From the NCBI RefSeq assembly GCF_030144855.1, contig NC_082732.1, forward strand, positions 18,414,001 to 18,478,000: DNA of 64,000 bases. The letters are read 5' to 3'. The DNA comes from Hypanus sabinus. Its lineage: Eukaryota. The position numbers were made by a program, and so were the translations under genes. Positions 62,774 through 64,000 of the stretch are shown here, piece by piece. Numbering within the stretch: the stretch's first letter is position 1; each line of letters starts with the position of its first letter. The notes below the pieces were generated by a model. The model was not told the DNA's origin and searched no databases. It saw only the letters and a list, made by a program, of their open reading frames with translations.

Positions 62774-64000
62774 TGTGATGCTAAAGACTTAAACAGGTGA
62801 AAACTGAAAACGAATGTGACTCATGGAGGCCAAGCACAGCAGTTAGAGCTTTATGTGTCGAAAAGTGGACGGATGAGAATGGTTGAGAAAAAATCATTGG
62901 GTGTAGACTGGCACATAATCAAAGCTCTCGATATGTCATCACCAGGCAACTGCAGCCCAAATGGCTGCACTAACCAGAGACTGGCACAGCTGCTTAATGC
63001 TGATGCAAAGGTGTTTGAGAAGGGGATTGGTAAACTCAAAGGCATGGAACCCAGAACTGAACTGGATGACGCAGCAACACCAAGATTCCATAAAGCCCGT
63101 CCAGTGCCTACACATTACATTCTAAGTGGATGCTGTATTTAAGAGCTCAGAGGCATCTGGAATTCTCTCCAAGGTTGATTGGAGCGATTGGGCCACACCC
63201 ATTGTCCTGGTGATCAAGAAAGGGAAGGCTGGAGCTGTTTGCATAAGCAGGGACTTCAAAATGAGCATCAACCCTGTGCCGCTACTGTGCAATATCCCCT
63301 GCCACAAATAGAAGATATATTTGCATCTTTAGCAGGCAGGGAGAGGTTTTCAAAGATTGATTTGTCACAAGCCTATCTGCAGATGGAGATTGAGGAGACA
63401 AGCAGGAAGTTCATCACAATCAACACTCACAGGGTACTTTTCCAGTACAATTGCCTCATCGTTGGCACCACATCAGCTCCAGCAATGCTCCAAGTGATCT
63501 AAGGTATCCCAGAAACACAATGTTACCTTGATGGCATCATCGTGACTGGCAAGAATGATGACGGACACCTCCAGAACCTTGGTAAAATGCTTAGCAGCCT
63601 GAGTGGGTATGAACTGTGAGCAAAGAGAGAGAAATGTGAGTCTTTCAAGAATGACATCTCATATTGCCGGAATGCCATTCACAAGCATGACCTACAAAAG
63701 GCACAAGAGAAGCCTGAAGCTGTGCTGCCGGCACCCAATCCAAAAAGTGTGTCACACCTCAGGTCATACTTGGCCCTTGTAAACGACCACCACCGGCTTC
63801 TCCCAAACATTGCTACAGTGCTGCACCCATTGAATGCACCGTTGCAGGCAGGAACAAAGTGAGAATGGTCAGAAAGATGTGACAGAGCATTCAAGGAAAC
63901 AAAGGGACTAGTAGCACCAGATGAACTGCTCACCCATTATGACCCACCTCTGTCCATCAGACTGGCGTGATACATTCTCTTATGGCATTGGAGCCGTTCT
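62772..64000 (+). mobile_element. Gypsy (Mag/K02A2.6-like) pol remnant: protease end, RT, start of RNase H
   Basis: TVMLKT*TGE, SDWATPIVLVIKK, YPLPQIEDIFASLAG..FSKIDLSQAYLQ, CYLDGIIVTG, SYGIGAV; runs off the window. Confidence 0.92.

Overview
Repeat-dominated vertebrate genomic DNA, almost certainly from a cartilaginous fish (probably a ray). This is inferred from the repeat mix: V-SINE/HE1-like SINEs, CR1, Rex1/Babar, L1, Penelope-like, Mag-type Gypsy, Tc1/mariner and hAT. I found no convincing intact host exon, tRNA, rRNA or CRISPR, so the window looks intronic or intergenic; it has one assembly gap (6635-6831). Nearly all ORFs in the supplied track are transposon remnants or chance ORFs. 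Highlights: (1) a spliced RBM25 mRNA segment (RRM region, not visible in the ORF track) captured inside a Gypsy LTR retrotransposon in place of RT-RH-IN; (2) many Penelope-derived minimal hammerhead ribozyme motifs, all eight younger copies of the family on the minus strand, including one TSD-flanked insertion that starts at the predicted self-cleavage site; (3) an essentially full-length L1 with a twin-priming 5' inversion of ~5.2 kb inserted into a Penelope element; (4) a fold-back Gypsy LTR/PBS rearrangement; (5) a multi-TIR mariner MITE and a three-tier Tc1>hAT>solo-LTR nest. Boundaries with quoted TSDs/TIRs were read base by base; other repeat boundaries are approximate (tens of bp). Family names come from recognised protein/DNA motifs, not from database searches.
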